From an uncultured Acidobacteriaceae bacterium (lineage in GTDB: Bacteria; Acidobacteriota; Terriglobia; Terriglobales; Acidobacteriaceae), in contig CAVVNO010000005.1 of NCBI GenBank assembly GCA_963749665.1, forward strand, positions 1,447,789 to 1,511,788: a stretch of DNA of 64,000 bases, in the 5' to 3' direction. The notes beneath the pieces were generated by a model that saw only the letters and a program-made list of their open reading frames with translations, was not told the DNA's origin and searched no databases. This document shows positions 27,862-38,405 of this stretch, piece after piece. The position numbers and the translations under genes were made by a program. Every line of letters starts with the position of its first letter. Within the stretch, counting starts at the first letter, position 1.

Positions 27862-30516
27862 ATGTCCGAATTGATCGAACGGTACAGACACGCGGGTTCG
27901 GGAATCGTGACGACTTCAGCCACCCTGATCACATTGGTTGGCTGCATCGCCCTGTTCCTGCAGTCGCGTCTGGGGGCGTTGCATTACCCCGGTCTTGCGT
28001 TGACGACAAGGCTGACAGCCAGTCTGGCATTCGAAAAAGTGATATGGGTCGCGTGGTTTGCGCTGGCTGTATCACTCGCACTCCTCGTCTACGAGTGCAG
28101 GAAGGATGTCTTCATTCGGTGGGTGGTTGGGGCTTTCCTCGTCTTCCTTCTCGCCGACCTTCTCGATCGCGAACTCGCTATGAGCCCTATCTCCAGTGAC
28201 TACCCCTGGATCGTCAAGCTCCTCGCAGCGGCGGGTTCCATCGCGGCGACGGTCTTCGTGGCCGGCCTCCCCATATCCGTGCGCCGCCTCACTCTCATTG
28301 TGCGAGATGCGACGCGCGCGAGAGACAACGAGCTCAGCCTCATCACGGCGGCAGAATCAAGCGCCGATTCCGTCATCCTCTATGACAGCGTCTTCGACGA
28401 TGCGGGCGAGATCTCCGACTTCAAATTCATCTTCCTCAACAGCAATGCCGAACGAATGATCGGCATAGACCGGAGCAAGGCACTCGGAAACAATCTCTAC
28501 GAGATCTTTCCCCGGATTCGCACGACGGATCTCTTTGAGCGGCAAAAGCGAGTCGCTGAGACAGGAGAGCCCGCCTTGATCGAGGTCACCAGTTCAACCT
28601 TCCAGGCGGAGGGACAGCCCGCTCGCTATCAAATTCAGATAGTGAAGCTGTCGAACGGCATCGCGACGACGATCACCGACGTCACCGCGCGTTTTCAACA
28701 CAAGGAAGACCTCAAGCGCGCGCTCAACTTCAACAAGTCCATCATCGCAAGCTCCCCCTTCAACATCATCGTCACCGACAAGGCCGGGATCATCACCTCC
28801 GTCAATCCTGCGGCGGAAAGAATGCTTCTGTACCAGGAAAGCGATCTCATCGGCCGCAGCACCCTCGAACTGCACGACCCTGAAGAACTGCACCAGCGCG
28901 CCCTTGATCTCTCGACGCAATTCGACACCGAGGTTCATCCCGACCATCACGTCTTTCGTCTCGCCCCGGAGATGGGTCTCATTGACGAGAGAGAGTGGAC
29001 CTACATCCGGAAAGACGGATCGTCGGTTCCCGTGCAGCTTGTCGTCACCGCACTGCGCGACAGCGAAGAGTGCATCACGGGCTTCGTCGGAATCTCGTAC
29101 GACCTGACTGAGCGCAAGCGTGCCGACGAGTACATCTATCACGTCGCGCATCACGACCCACTTACCGGCCTTCCCACCCGCACTCTGCTGCGCGATCGGC
29201 TGGAGGTCTGCATCGAGCGCGCCAGACGGTCCCAGGACACTCTCGCCGTCATGATGGTCGACCTCGACAACTTCAAGCGCGTGAATGACTCTCTCGGGCA
29301 TCAGGCCGGAGACACCGTCCTCTGCGAGATCTCCAAACGACTCCAGGCATGCGTCCGCAAGTCAGATACCGTGGGCCGCATGGGCGGAGACGAGTTCGTC
29401 GTGCTGCTCCCCGACCTTCGCACGGCAAAGGATACCGAAGAGATTTGCCAGAAGCTTTTGGCCGCCGTCGCTCAACCGATTCGCATTGGCCGGCACGAGA
29501 TCATCGTGACCGCCAGCATCGGTATCGGCTTGTTTCCCGACTGCGAAGACGTCGACACCCTCTTCAAGAACGCAGACTTCGCCATGTATCGCGTCAAGGG
29601 CAGCGGACGCAATGGCTCTCAGCTCTATACGCCGGGAATCGGTATGCAGGGCCTCGAGCAACTCCAGATGGAATCGGCCATGCGCAACGCTCTCGAAGCC
29701 AAGGAGTTTGAGATTCTCTACCAGCCGCAAATCTCCTTCGCCAACGGTCGAATACTTGGAGTGGAGTCCCTTCTGCGCTGGAACAGTTCCGAGTTCGGTT
29801 TGGTTGGGCCAAATACCTTTATCCCGCTTGCGGAAGAGACCGGTCTTATCGTGTCCATCGGCGAATGGGTCCTGCTTCAATCCTGCAAAGAGATCGCTGC
29901 GTTGCAGCGTCGGCTTGGCGTCGAGTTTTCGGTCGCCGTCAACATCTCTCCCCGCCAGTTTCAGCAGAAGGACTTCCCCGCTACGGTAGAACACGCCCTG
30001 CACACCAGCGGACTGAAACCCGAACAACTCGAGTTGGAGATCACCGAGCATCTGCTGATGGTCGACTCCGAAGAGTCGCTCGAGATCATGCAACGCGTCC
30101 GCAAACTCGGCGTCCGTTTTGCCATCGACGACTTCGGCACCGGCTTCTCCAACATGGGTTACATCACGCGCTTCGCCGTCGACCGCATCAAGATCGACCG
30201 ATCCTTCATCTCACGCTGCGACGTCGACGAAAACAGCCGCGCCGTCACGGCTGCCATCATCGCGCTTGCCCACAGCCTTCAGATCGAAGTCATCGCAGAG
30301 GGCGTCGAGTCCGAGCAGCAGGTCCAGATGCTCCGCCAGATGTCATGCGATCAGGCGCAGGGGTACTTCTACTCACTTCCATTGAAACTCGCCGACATGC
30401 AGAATTACTCCGTGCGGAATCTTCACGAACACGGCGACGGCGCCCGAGCCAACTCACGCAAACCAGCTGGCAATGTGCTCACCTTATCCGCTCTCGGTTC
30501 GCTGGCCGGAGCCTGA
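27862..30516 (+). CDS. Membrane-anchored PAS-PAS-GGDEF-EAL protein (c-di-GMP cyclase/phosphodiesterase)
   Basis: N-terminal TM helices and two PAS-like segments. GGDEF domain: DLDNFKRVNDSLGHQAGD, RMGGDEFVVLL. EAL domain: EILYQPQ, DDFGTGFSNMGY, EGVESEQQ. Confidence 0.9.
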   Translation: MSELIERYRHAGSGIVTTSATLITLVGCIALFLQSRLGALHYPGLALTTRLTASLAFEKVIWVAWFALAVSLALLVYECRKDVFIRWVVGAFLVFLLADLLDRELAMSPISSDYPWIVKLLAAAGSIAATVFVAGLPISVRRLTLIVRDATRARDNELSLITAAESSADSVILYDSVFDDAGEISDFKFIFLNSNAERMIGIDRSKALGNNLYEIFPRIRTTDLFERQKRVAETGEPALIEVTSSTFQAEGQPARYQIQIVKLSNGIATTITDVTARFQHKEDLKRALNFNKSIIASSPFNIIVTDKAGIITSVNPAAERMLLYQESDLIGRSTLELHDPEELHQRALDLSTQFDTEVHPDHHVFRLAPEMGLIDEREWTYIRKDGSSVPVQLVVTALRDSEECITGFVGISYDLTERKRADEYIYHVAHHDPLTGLPTRTLLRDRLEVCIERARRSQDTLAVMMVDLDNFKRVNDSLGHQAGDTVLCEISKRLQACVRKSDTVGRMGGDEFVVLLPDLRTAKDTEEICQKLLAAVAQPIRIGRHEIIVTASIGIGLFPDCEDVDTLFKNADFAMYRVKGSGRNGSQLYTPGIGMQGLEQLQMESAMRNALEAKEFEILYQPQISFANGRILGVESLLRWNSSEFGLVGPNTFIPLAEETGLIVSIGEWVLLQSCKEIAALQRRLGVEFSVAVNISPRQFQQKDFPATVEHALHTSGLKPEQLELEITEHLLMVDSEESLEIMQRVRKLGVRFAIDDFGTGFSNMGYITRFAVDRIKIDRSFISRCDVDENSRAVTAAIIALAHSLQIEVIAEGVESEQQVQMLRQMSCDQAQGYFYSLPLKLADMQNYSVRNLHEHGDGARANSRKPAGNVLTLSALGSLAGA

Positions 30517-30534
30517 CCGCATTCGCCACGCAAA

Positions 30535-31380
30535 GTGTCACCTCAAGCACCAAAGGATATGCTCTTGAACCAACGTGATCGGAATCGATGTGCGGTACTT
30601 CTTCCCCCCGGACCGCACTTCGAACGCTTATTCGAAGAAATACTGCAATTCGCCATCATCGAGACCGGCCTCACCCCGATTCGACTCCAGCAGAACACTC
30701 AATCTCCAACCCCCATCAACATCTTCGTCGACGAGATCGAGCAGTCCGCCGCACTCTTCGCAGATATTTCAGAGGACACTCGCGAGATCTGGCTGGCCGT
30801 GGGCTGTGCCGTCGCCCTGGGAAATCCTCTTTGCCTGATCTCCTCCCGACAGGACTCTTGCCTGCCTTTGGGGATACAGTATCTTCCTCTCATTCGCTAC
30901 CCTTCCGATCCGTTGCCAAGCGACTACGTTCAGCTTCAACAGAACATCACCGCCCAGCTGTCGGCGATTCTGCCCCTGGCAGATATGGCGGCAATGGAAC
31001 CGGTATTCCCTGCTCCGATTCTGCCTCCTGCACCGGCGCCGCAGCCCTCCGACGACGACGATCTGGTCTCTTATGAGATTCTCGCGCTCACGATTATCGA
31101 TCTCAAAGGCTCCGACATCGGCCTCAGCCCTCGCGCTCTCGGCCTGGAGATGCAGGCCAGCGAAAGCGGTCACCTGACCAGTCACGCCATGAACGCCCTG
31201 AAGCGTAGGAAATTTATCGAAAGAAAGGCCGTGCAGATCAGCGAAGGGCACGAACTCCACATCTCCGAAAACCTCTTCGTCACCCGACTCGGAGAAGAAT
31301 GGCTGATCCGCCACGGCAAGAGGCGCTCCATGCAGCGTTCGGGCGTACTCTCACGGGCACGATTTCTCAACAGCCGCTAA
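30535..31380 (+). CDS. Hypothetical protein: N-terminal Rossmann-like (nucleoside 2-deoxyribosyltransferase/TIR-like pattern) domain + Pro-rich linker + C-terminal winged-helix-like domain
   Basis: 281-aa ORF, 18 nt downstream of the GGDEF-EAL gene. Alternating strand/helix pattern: CAVLLPPG...FEEILQFAIIETGLTPIRL...INIFVDEIEQSAALFADISEDTREIWLAVGCAVALGNPLCLISS...LPLIRY. The C-terminus is LSPRALGLEMQASESGHLTSHAMNALKRRKFIERK. The domain calls are inference only. Confidence 0.4.
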   Translation: MSPQAPKDMLLNQRDRNRCAVLLPPGPHFERLFEEILQFAIIETGLTPIRLQQNTQSPTPINIFVDEIEQSAALFADISEDTREIWLAVGCAVALGNPLCLISSRQDSCLPLGIQYLPLIRYPSDPLPSDYVQLQQNITAQLSAILPLADMAAMEPVFPAPILPPAPAPQPSDDDDLVSYEILALTIIDLKGSDIGLSPRALGLEMQASESGHLTSHAMNALKRRKFIERKAVQISEGHELHISENLFVTRLGEEWLIRHGKRRSMQRSGVLSRARFLNSR

Positions 31381-31388
31381 TTCAGCCT

Positions 31389-32498
31389 CTACTTGCCGGG
31401 AGACCCGATCGCCTGAGCGCCCTTCCCCAGCGACACATGCCGATACTCAGGCTCGTACCCGAGTTCGCGCGCGTAGTTCAGCATTCGCTCGAAGTCCAAA
31501 CTGATCGTCGCGCCGGCCTTCTGCGTCACCTCGTCTTCAATCGGCAGATCGAAGTCGTCCGCGCCGTAGTTCAATCCCTCCAGCGCGCGCTGGTTCTGCG
31601 TCAGCACAGAGGTGCGAATGCGGGGAATATTGTCGAAGTAAATCCGGCACAGCGCCAGGTGCCGCAAATATTCCGCCGTCGAAATCTCGATTCCACCGAT
31701 CTGCGTGAAGTACGGCTTGAAGGTCCAGCAGAGAAAACTCGCCAGCCCGCGCGTCTCATCCTGGAACTGGCGCGTGCGTTCCATATGCTCCAGCCGCTCA
31801 TCGAGACTCTCATCAAACCCGATCACCATCGTCGCCGTCGTCTTCAGACCAGCGTCGACAATAGCCCGCTGCGCAAGGAAGTATTCGGCAACCGTGTACT
31901 TGAACTTTGAGTGCCGCGCCCGGAAATCCTCCGTGAGAATCTCCGACCCTCCGCCCGTAATCCAACGCACGCCGGCAGCCTTCAGCCGTGCAGCAGCCTC
32001 CGCGTAGCTCAGCTTTGCATGGTCGGCAAGGTATAGGAACTCGGCAATCGTGAGCGCGTAAAACTCCAACGCATCCCCATACCGCGCACGAATCGCAGCA
32101 AACAATTCGCAGTAGTAGCTCAGCGGCAGGTGCGGATTGAAGCCTCCATTGAACGCCGCGAGATCCCCACCCAGCGCCAGCAACTCGTCGAGTTTGGCGA
32201 AGACATCCGCGTGGCTCAGCACGTAACCGCCATCCTGGCTGGGCAGTTTGTAGAACGCGCAGTAGTCGCACTGGGCCACGCACACGTTGGTGTAGTTGAT
32301 GATCCGCATCACCATGTACGTGCACGAGCCCGGCGCATGAAAGCGGTCCCGAACGGTCGCGGCAAGAGAACAAAGCTCCGCATCCGAAGCATGCTCCCAG
32401 AGCCACCGCGCCTCGTCACGGTCGATGCGTCCGCCCTGCGTAACCTTTGCGGCGATCCCGGCGAGCGTTGTATCGAGCGAAGCGGCTGAACGGCTCAT
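31389..32498 (-). CDS. Radical SAM enzyme of the futalosine menaquinone pathway (MqnC/MqnE family)
   Basis: INYTNVCVAQCDYCAFY (CxxxCxxC), 369 aa, with the typical N-terminal leader (RIDRDEARWLWEHASDAELCSLAATVRDRFH). Confidence 0.7.
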   Translation of the reverse strand: MSRSAASLDTTLAGIAAKVTQGGRIDRDEARWLWEHASDAELCSLAATVRDRFHAPGSCTYMVMRIINYTNVCVAQCDYCAFYKLPSQDGGYVLSHADVFAKLDELLALGGDLAAFNGGFNPHLPLSYYCELFAAIRARYGDALEFYALTIAEFLYLADHAKLSYAEAAARLKAAGVRWITGGGSEILTEDFRARHSKFKYTVAEYFLAQRAIVDAGLKTTATMVIGFDESLDERLEHMERTRQFQDETRGLASFLCWTFKPYFTQIGGIEISTAEYLRHLALCRIYFDNIPRIRTSVLTQNQRALEGLNYGADDFDLPIEDEVTQKAGATISLDFERMLNYARELGYEPEYRHVSLGKGAQAIGSPGK

Positions 32499-32685
32499 AT
32501 CCTTAGTGTAGTGCCCCTCTGCCGCGCAGGGATCGCAGCTGGCATTCCCAGTAAGAAACTATTTCCCATTGGCATCCGTCCCAGTGTATAAATCTTTCGC
32601 ACCCTGCCGTGATCGTGTCTCTCCTCCGGAGCCACACCGCGGAGCGACATGCACCCAGAGTCGCTACTTGAAGGAGAATTTAGCC

Positions 32686-34240
32686 ATGCCTTCCGTTATT
32701 CGTTCCGCAGTATCGTCCCTCGCGCTTCTTGCCGTGCTCACTCCCCTCGCTCGCGCGGAAGATGTACCGAAGACCTGGGTCGACAAGGACACCGGCCACC
32801 GCGTCTGGCGGCTCAGCGACGAACCAAACTCCGGCGGCTTCTACTTCAACATCAACGCCTACACGCCCGATCACAAATCGATGATCTACACCGCGCCGGA
32901 CGGCATCCACGTCCTCGACATGGACACGCACAAGACCCGTCTGCTTGTCCCCAATCCTCCCGCAGCAACCGCCGCCGAATCCGCCGATCCCAGCGCCGTT
33001 CGCGGAGCCGGCGCCAGCCGCAATCCGCACGCTCTCGTCGCCGGCAACAAGACGAACAGCGTCTTCTTCACCCAGCGCGATCCCGCCACTCACGCCGCCG
33101 CCGTCTACAAGGCCGACATCAACACCGGCGCCATCCGCAAGCTGACCGACCTGCCGCCGAAGATCAGCATCGTCAGCGTCAACGCCGACGAGACGCTCGC
33201 CGCCGGAACCTATATCGAAGGCGACGCCACCGGCAAGGAGTACGGCTCCAACGCCCCCGCCACCCGCCCCCCGCAGCCGACAACCGCGTCGCCAGCGCCG
33301 CCCAGGGCCCGCACTACCAGCCCGAAAACAAGGGCCTGATGATGGAGCGCCGCCTCGCCGCACGCCTTCCTCTCGTTCTCTTCACCATCCGCCTCGAACC
33401 CGGCCCCAACGGCGAAAAGCCCGGCGACATGAAGACCCTCCTCCACTCCACCGACTGGGTCAACCATCTCCTCTTCTCCCCCACCGACCCCGACCTTCTG
33501 ATGTACTGCCACGAAGGCCCCTGGCAAAAGGTCGATCGCATCTGGATGATCCACACCGACGGCACCCACAACACCCTCATCCACAAACGCACCATGGCCA
33601 TGGAGATCGCCGGCCACGAGTTCTGGGGGCTCGACGGCGAGACCATCTGGTACGACTGGCAGTACCCCAAAGGCGAAGACTTCTTCCTCGCCGGCTACAA
33701 CCTGAAGACCGGCAAGCGCACCGCCTTCCACATGCAGCGCAACGAGTGGTCGATTCACTTCAACCTCACCAAGGACCTCGACCTCTTCACCGGCGACGGC
33801 GGCGATCCCGGCCAGGTCGCGAAGGCTCCCGACGGCGAATGGATCGAGCTCTTCTACCCGCACATGCTCCCCATCGGCGACGGCGCGCTCAACGAACCGA
33901 CGTTCTGGCAGCCCGGCGTCTTCAAATCCGAGCGCCTCGTCAACATGTCGCACCACTACTATCGCGAAGAGCCCAACGTCCGCTTCTCGCCCGACAAGTC
34001 GCTCGTCCTCTTCACCAGCAACATGTTCGGCCCCAGCTACGTCTTCGGCGTCGAAGTAAAAAAAGCCGAGAATCCACCCGCCGCCGACGTCGTCTCCACC
34101 CCGGACCTCGCGCGCAAGTTCAACCCGAAGGATCCACCGAACAGCAAAGGCCCGGTCGTTCAACCTCGTAGCTACCCGGCTAGTTCGAGACAGAGTCATC
34201 GACACGAACGCCGCAGTTCTGAATCGCAGGAGTCTCCAGC
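32686..34240 (+). pseudogene. Oligogalacturonate lyase-like (PL22/Ogl family) secreted protein, copy 1; frame break near 33255..33290 and no in-frame stop before copy 2
   Basis: The ATG at 32686 follows GAAGGAG. Signal peptide MPSVIRSAVSSLALLAVLTPLARA. The N-terminal third is in the frame of ORF 32569..33339; the remainder (HSTDWVNHLLFSPTDPDLLMYCHEGPWQKVDRIWMIHTDG...FGVEVKKAE) is in the frame of the 1028-aa ORF. The 3' end is undefined. Confidence 0.55.
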
Positions 34241-35735
34241 ATGGCCCGCCTCACGTTCTCATCGCTTGCTGTACTTGTCCTCATTGCACTTCCCTTCACG
34301 CATGCAAGCTCAGTCCGGCTCGCCCACGAAACAGCTTCCTCCAAAGACCTGGGTCGACAAGGACACCGGCCATCGCGTCTGGCGCGTCTCCGACGAGCCC
34401 AACTCCGGCGCCTTCTACTTCAACGTCAACGCCTACACGCCCGACCACAAGCAGATGGTCTACAACTCGCCTGACGGCATCCGCGTTCTCGATCTCGCCA
34501 CGATGAAGACGAGCATGCTGGTGCCCGAATCCTCCACCGCCCGCCAACGCCGACGCCTCACCCATCGCCCGTTTCGGCCGCGGAGCCCGCGCCATCGTCG
34601 TCGGCCACAAGACCAACAGCATCTTCTTCACCCGCACCGATCCCGCGACTCACACGAACGCCCTCTACAAGGCCAACACCAACACCGGCGAGATTCCGCA
34701 AACTCATCGATCTGCCACGCGCGTCTCAGCATCGCCAGCATCAACGCCGACGAGACCCTCGGCGCCGGCACCTACAACGAGCCGACGTACCCGGCGGCGA
34801 TCCCAATGCGCCCAACGCCTTCGTCGCCACTCGCGCCCGCCATCCCGCCCGCCAACGCCAACGCAGCCGCGAACCTCGGCGGAGCCCACGTCCAGGCTGA
34901 CGACAAAGGCCAGATGATGGAGCGCCGCCTCGCCGCGCGCATTCCCCTCGTCCTCTTCACCATCCGTCTCGAGCCCGGCCCCAACGGCGAAAAGCCCGGC
35001 ACCATCAAGCCCCTTCTCCACTCCACCGACTGGGTCAACCATCTCCTCTTCTCACCCACCGACCCCGACCTCCTCATGTACTGCCACGAAGGCATGTGGC
35101 AAAAAGTCGACCGCATCTGGCTCATCCACACCGACGGCACCCACAACACCCTCATCCACAAACGCACCATGGCGATGGAGATCGCCGGCCACGAGTTCTG
35201 GGGCCTCGACGGCCAGACCATCTGGTACGACTGGCAATTTCCCAAGGGTGAAGACTTCTTCCTCGCCAGCTACAATCTCCAGACCGGCAAACGCACCGCC
35301 TACCACATGCAGCGCAACGAGTGGTCGATTCACTTCAACCTCACCCGAGACCTCGACCTGTTCACCGGCGACGGCGGCGACTCCGGCCAGGTCGCCCAGG
35401 CCCCCGACGGCGAATGGATCGAGCTCTTCTACCCGCATATGATTCCTCAGGGAGAGGGCGCACTCAACGGTCCCGACTTCTGGCAACCCGGAGTCTTCAA
35501 ATCCGAACATCTCGTCAACATGGCGCACCACAACTACCGCGCCGAACCCAACGTCCGCTTCTCCCCCGACAAAAAGTACGTCTTCTTCACCAGCAATATG
35601 TTCGGTCCAAGTTACATATTCGGAGTAGAAGTAAAGAAGGCTGAAAATCCTCCGGCAGCAGACGTCCAATCCACGCCCGAGCTGGCCACGAAATACAACC
35701 CAGTTATGCCGACACCGACCACGACAGAGAAGTAG
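34241..35735 (+). pseudogene. Oligogalacturonate lyase-like protein, copy 2 (tandem paralog) with at least four frame breaks in its first ~490 nt
   Basis: The ATG at 34241 follows AGGAG. Signal peptide MARLTFSSLAVLVLIALPFTHA. Aligning against copy 1 requires frame switches near 34304, 34540, 34696 and 34722. From about 34730 to the stop at 35735 the frame is intact (...CHEGMWQKVDRIWLIHTDG...FGVEVKKAENPPAADV). Confidence 0.55.
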
Positions 35736-35805
35736 AAAAAAACCGGCAACTTCGCTCGAGCCAACACAAGGCAGGGTACCCAAGAGCCTGTTGTTAGCCT
35801 GTAGA

Positions 35806-35825
35806 AGGTCTCGCTTCCGAGACCT
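35806..35825 (+). terminator. Hairpin downstream of Ogl-like copy 2
   Basis: AGGTCTCG-CTTC-CGAGACCT, an 8-bp stem with a 4-nt loop, 70 nt after the stop. The T-tail is weak. Confidence 0.35.
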
Positions 35826-35863
35826 GGCTTGTCGCAGCACCACCATCTCTTCAATACTGGAAA

Positions 35864-38389
35864 GTGATGTACAAGGGATCCATGCGACGCCACCTTCTTT
35901 CGATATCTTCCGCCTTGCTCCTTTTCGCTTCGGCGCTACACGCAGCAGCGTCGCCCGCGCCACCGCGTCAAATCCAGCAATTCACCACCGACTGGCGCTT
36001 CCTCCAATCCGACGCGCCGGGCGCAGAGTCACCCACCTTCGATGACTCCGCCTGGAAACCCGTCACCCTCCCGCACGACTGGAGCATCGCCGGCCCAGTA
36101 GAAGAAAACGCCCCCAGCCGCGCCGCCGGAGGCTTCTTCCCCACCGGCATAGGTTGGTATCGCCACACCCTCGAACTCAAAAAAATCGACCCCGCCAAGC
36201 GCATCTTCATCGCCTTCGACGGCATCATGGCCAACTCAGACGTCTACTGCAACGGCGAACTCCTCGGCCATCGCCCCTACGGCTACGTCAGCTTCAACTA
36301 CGACCTCACCCCGCATCTCCACGCCGGCAAAAATATCATCGCCGTCCGCGTCGACGACTCCCAGCAACCCGCCTCACGCTGGTATCCCGGCGCCGGCATC
36401 AACCGCGAGGTTCGCCTCATCACCACCGGTGACACCCACATCGTCCCCTGGGGAACCTTCGTTACTACGCCTGACATCAATAATTCGGACGCAACCATCA
36501 AGATCCGCTCCAGCATCCTCAACGACTCCAGCGTCACCGCCGAAGTCACTCTCGCGATAACCATCGATGGCCCCGGTAATATCCACATCCCCTCATCCAT
36601 GGGACACATCGCCAAAGTCATCGCCGCGCACGGCACCGCCGACCTCGAAGAATCCCTTCACATCGCTAACCCCGATCGCTGGGACCTCGACCACCCCGCT
36701 CTCTACACCGCCCATGTCACCCTTCTCCGCAACGGCAAGCCCATCGACAACGAAGACGTTCGCTTCGGCATCCGCGAATTCCGCTTCGACCCCAACCAGG
36801 GCTTCTTCCTAAACAGCGTCCATCACAAAATCTACGGTGTAGCTCTCCACACCGATGCCGGCGCCCTCGGCACCGCAGTCCCTCTTGCCGCCTGGGAACG
36901 CCGCCTCACCGCCCTTCGCAAACTCGGCGTCAACGCCATCCGCACCGCGCACAACCCGCCCGCGCCTGAGTTCCTCGACCTCGCGGACCGCATGGGCTTC
37001 CTCGTCATGGACGAGATGTTCGACTGCTGGACCGTGGCCAAAAATCCCTACGACTACCACCTCTACTTCAAAGAGTGGTCAATTCGCGACACCGCCGACA
37101 CCGTCCGCCGCGACCGCAACCATCCCAGCATCATCCTCTGGTCCGCGGGCAACGAGATTCACGACACGCCCAAACCCGACATCGCCGTCCCAATCCTGAA
37201 GTCCCTCGTCGACACCTTCCACGCAAACGATCCCACGCGCCCCGTCACACAAGCGCTCTTCCGTCCCAACGTCTCGCACGACTACGACGACGGCCTCGCC
37301 GATCTCCTCGACGTCGTCGGTCAAAACTATCGCGAGCAGGAGATTCTCAAAGCCCACGCCGACAAACCCACCCGTAAGATCATCGGCACCGAGAACACTC
37401 ACGACCGCAACCAATGGGTCGCCATGCGCGATCACCCCGAATACTCAGGCCAGTTCCTCTGGTCCGGCATCGACTATCTCGGCGAAGCCGGCCGCTGGCC
37501 CTCTATCGGAGCTGGCAGCGGCCTTCTCCTCACCACATCGCTTCCCCGCGCCCGCGCCTTCGAACGCCAATCCTGGTGGGCCGACCCGAAGACACAACCC
37601 ATGGTCCGGATTGCCCGCCGCGTACAGGCCGCCCGTCGCGGTCCCATCGACCCCGGCTACGCTTCACCCACGTCCAACAATCAAGCCGCAACAACCGCAC
37701 CCAACGCCCCACTCGACCCAACTACACGCTTCGGCCAGCCTCTCCTTCTCGACTGGACACCCAAAGACCAATCCCCGCACACCGAAAACGTCGAGATCTA
37801 CACCAACGCCGAAGAAGTAGAACTCTTCCTGAACGAAAAATCCCTCGGCACACAAAAACTCCACGCAGACGCAAGCCCCATCACCTTCGAAGTCCCCTAC
37901 GAACCCGGCACCCTCAAAGTCGTCGCCCGCTCAGGCGGCAAAGTAGTCGCGCAGGACGAACTCCGCACCGCCGGCAAACCCGCCCATCTTCTCCTCACCA
38001 CCGGCCTCGCCGCAGCGCACCTGACCAACACCCCTGCACCCGAAACCACACCGGCCCTCACTCCCGATTGGAATGACATCGCCTACGCAACCGCCACGCT
38101 CGTCGACGCGAACAATACGGTCATCCCCGACAACAACACTATCGTCATCCACTTCGCCGCCACCGGCCCCGGCAACATCATCGCAGTCGACAACGGCAAT
38201 CTCCTCGACCACGACCCCTTCCAGGCTACCGATCGAAAGCTCTACGAAGGCCACGCCCTCGCCATCCTCCGCGCTACCGCGTCCCGCGGCAACATCACGC
38301 TCACCGCAACGACAGAAGGCCTTCCGCCCGCAACCATTACGCTGCACACCGCCTCATCGCATTCATCGCCTATCGAACGTAGCTTCTGA
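35864..38389 (+). CDS. Glycoside hydrolase family 2 protein (beta-galactosidase/beta-glucuronidase-like), secreted
   Basis: Signal peptide (RRHLLSISSALLLFASALHA). FDDSAWKPVTLPHDWSI, GIGWYRHTL, FDGIMANSDVYCNGELLG, NAIRTAHNPPAPEFLDLADRMGFLVMDE, ILWSAGNE. Confidence 0.85.
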   Translation: MMYKGSMRRHLLSISSALLLFASALHAAASPAPPRQIQQFTTDWRFLQSDAPGAESPTFDDSAWKPVTLPHDWSIAGPVEENAPSRAAGGFFPTGIGWYRHTLELKKIDPAKRIFIAFDGIMANSDVYCNGELLGHRPYGYVSFNYDLTPHLHAGKNIIAVRVDDSQQPASRWYPGAGINREVRLITTGDTHIVPWGTFVTTPDINNSDATIKIRSSILNDSSVTAEVTLAITIDGPGNIHIPSSMGHIAKVIAAHGTADLEESLHIANPDRWDLDHPALYTAHVTLLRNGKPIDNEDVRFGIREFRFDPNQGFFLNSVHHKIYGVALHTDAGALGTAVPLAAWERRLTALRKLGVNAIRTAHNPPAPEFLDLADRMGFLVMDEMFDCWTVAKNPYDYHLYFKEWSIRDTADTVRRDRNHPSIILWSAGNEIHDTPKPDIAVPILKSLVDTFHANDPTRPVTQALFRPNVSHDYDDGLADLLDVVGQNYREQEILKAHADKPTRKIIGTENTHDRNQWVAMRDHPEYSGQFLWSGIDYLGEAGRWPSIGAGSGLLLTTSLPRARAFERQSWWADPKTQPMVRIARRVQAARRGPIDPGYASPTSNNQAATTAPNAPLDPTTRFGQPLLLDWTPKDQSPHTENVEIYTNAEEVELFLNEKSLGTQKLHADASPITFEVPYEPGTLKVVARSGGKVVAQDELRTAGKPAHLLLTTGLAAAHLTNTPAPETTPALTPDWNDIAYATATLVDANNTVIPDNNTIVIHFAATGPGNIIAVDNGNLLDHDPFQATDRKLYEGHALAILRATASRGNITLTATTEGLPPATITLHTASSHSSPIERSF

Positions 38390-38405
38390 CACCCAAGGTC
38401 GCCCC

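Noticed and set aside
32649-35735. A 1028-aa ORF that could be read as one giant protein
   Set aside because: It is a composite. Long parts are Arg/Pro/His-rich nonsense lying out of frame with respect to two recognisable Ogl-like genes. An RBS plus signal peptide for the second gene sits at 34241. High GC simply keeps the wrong frame free of stops.
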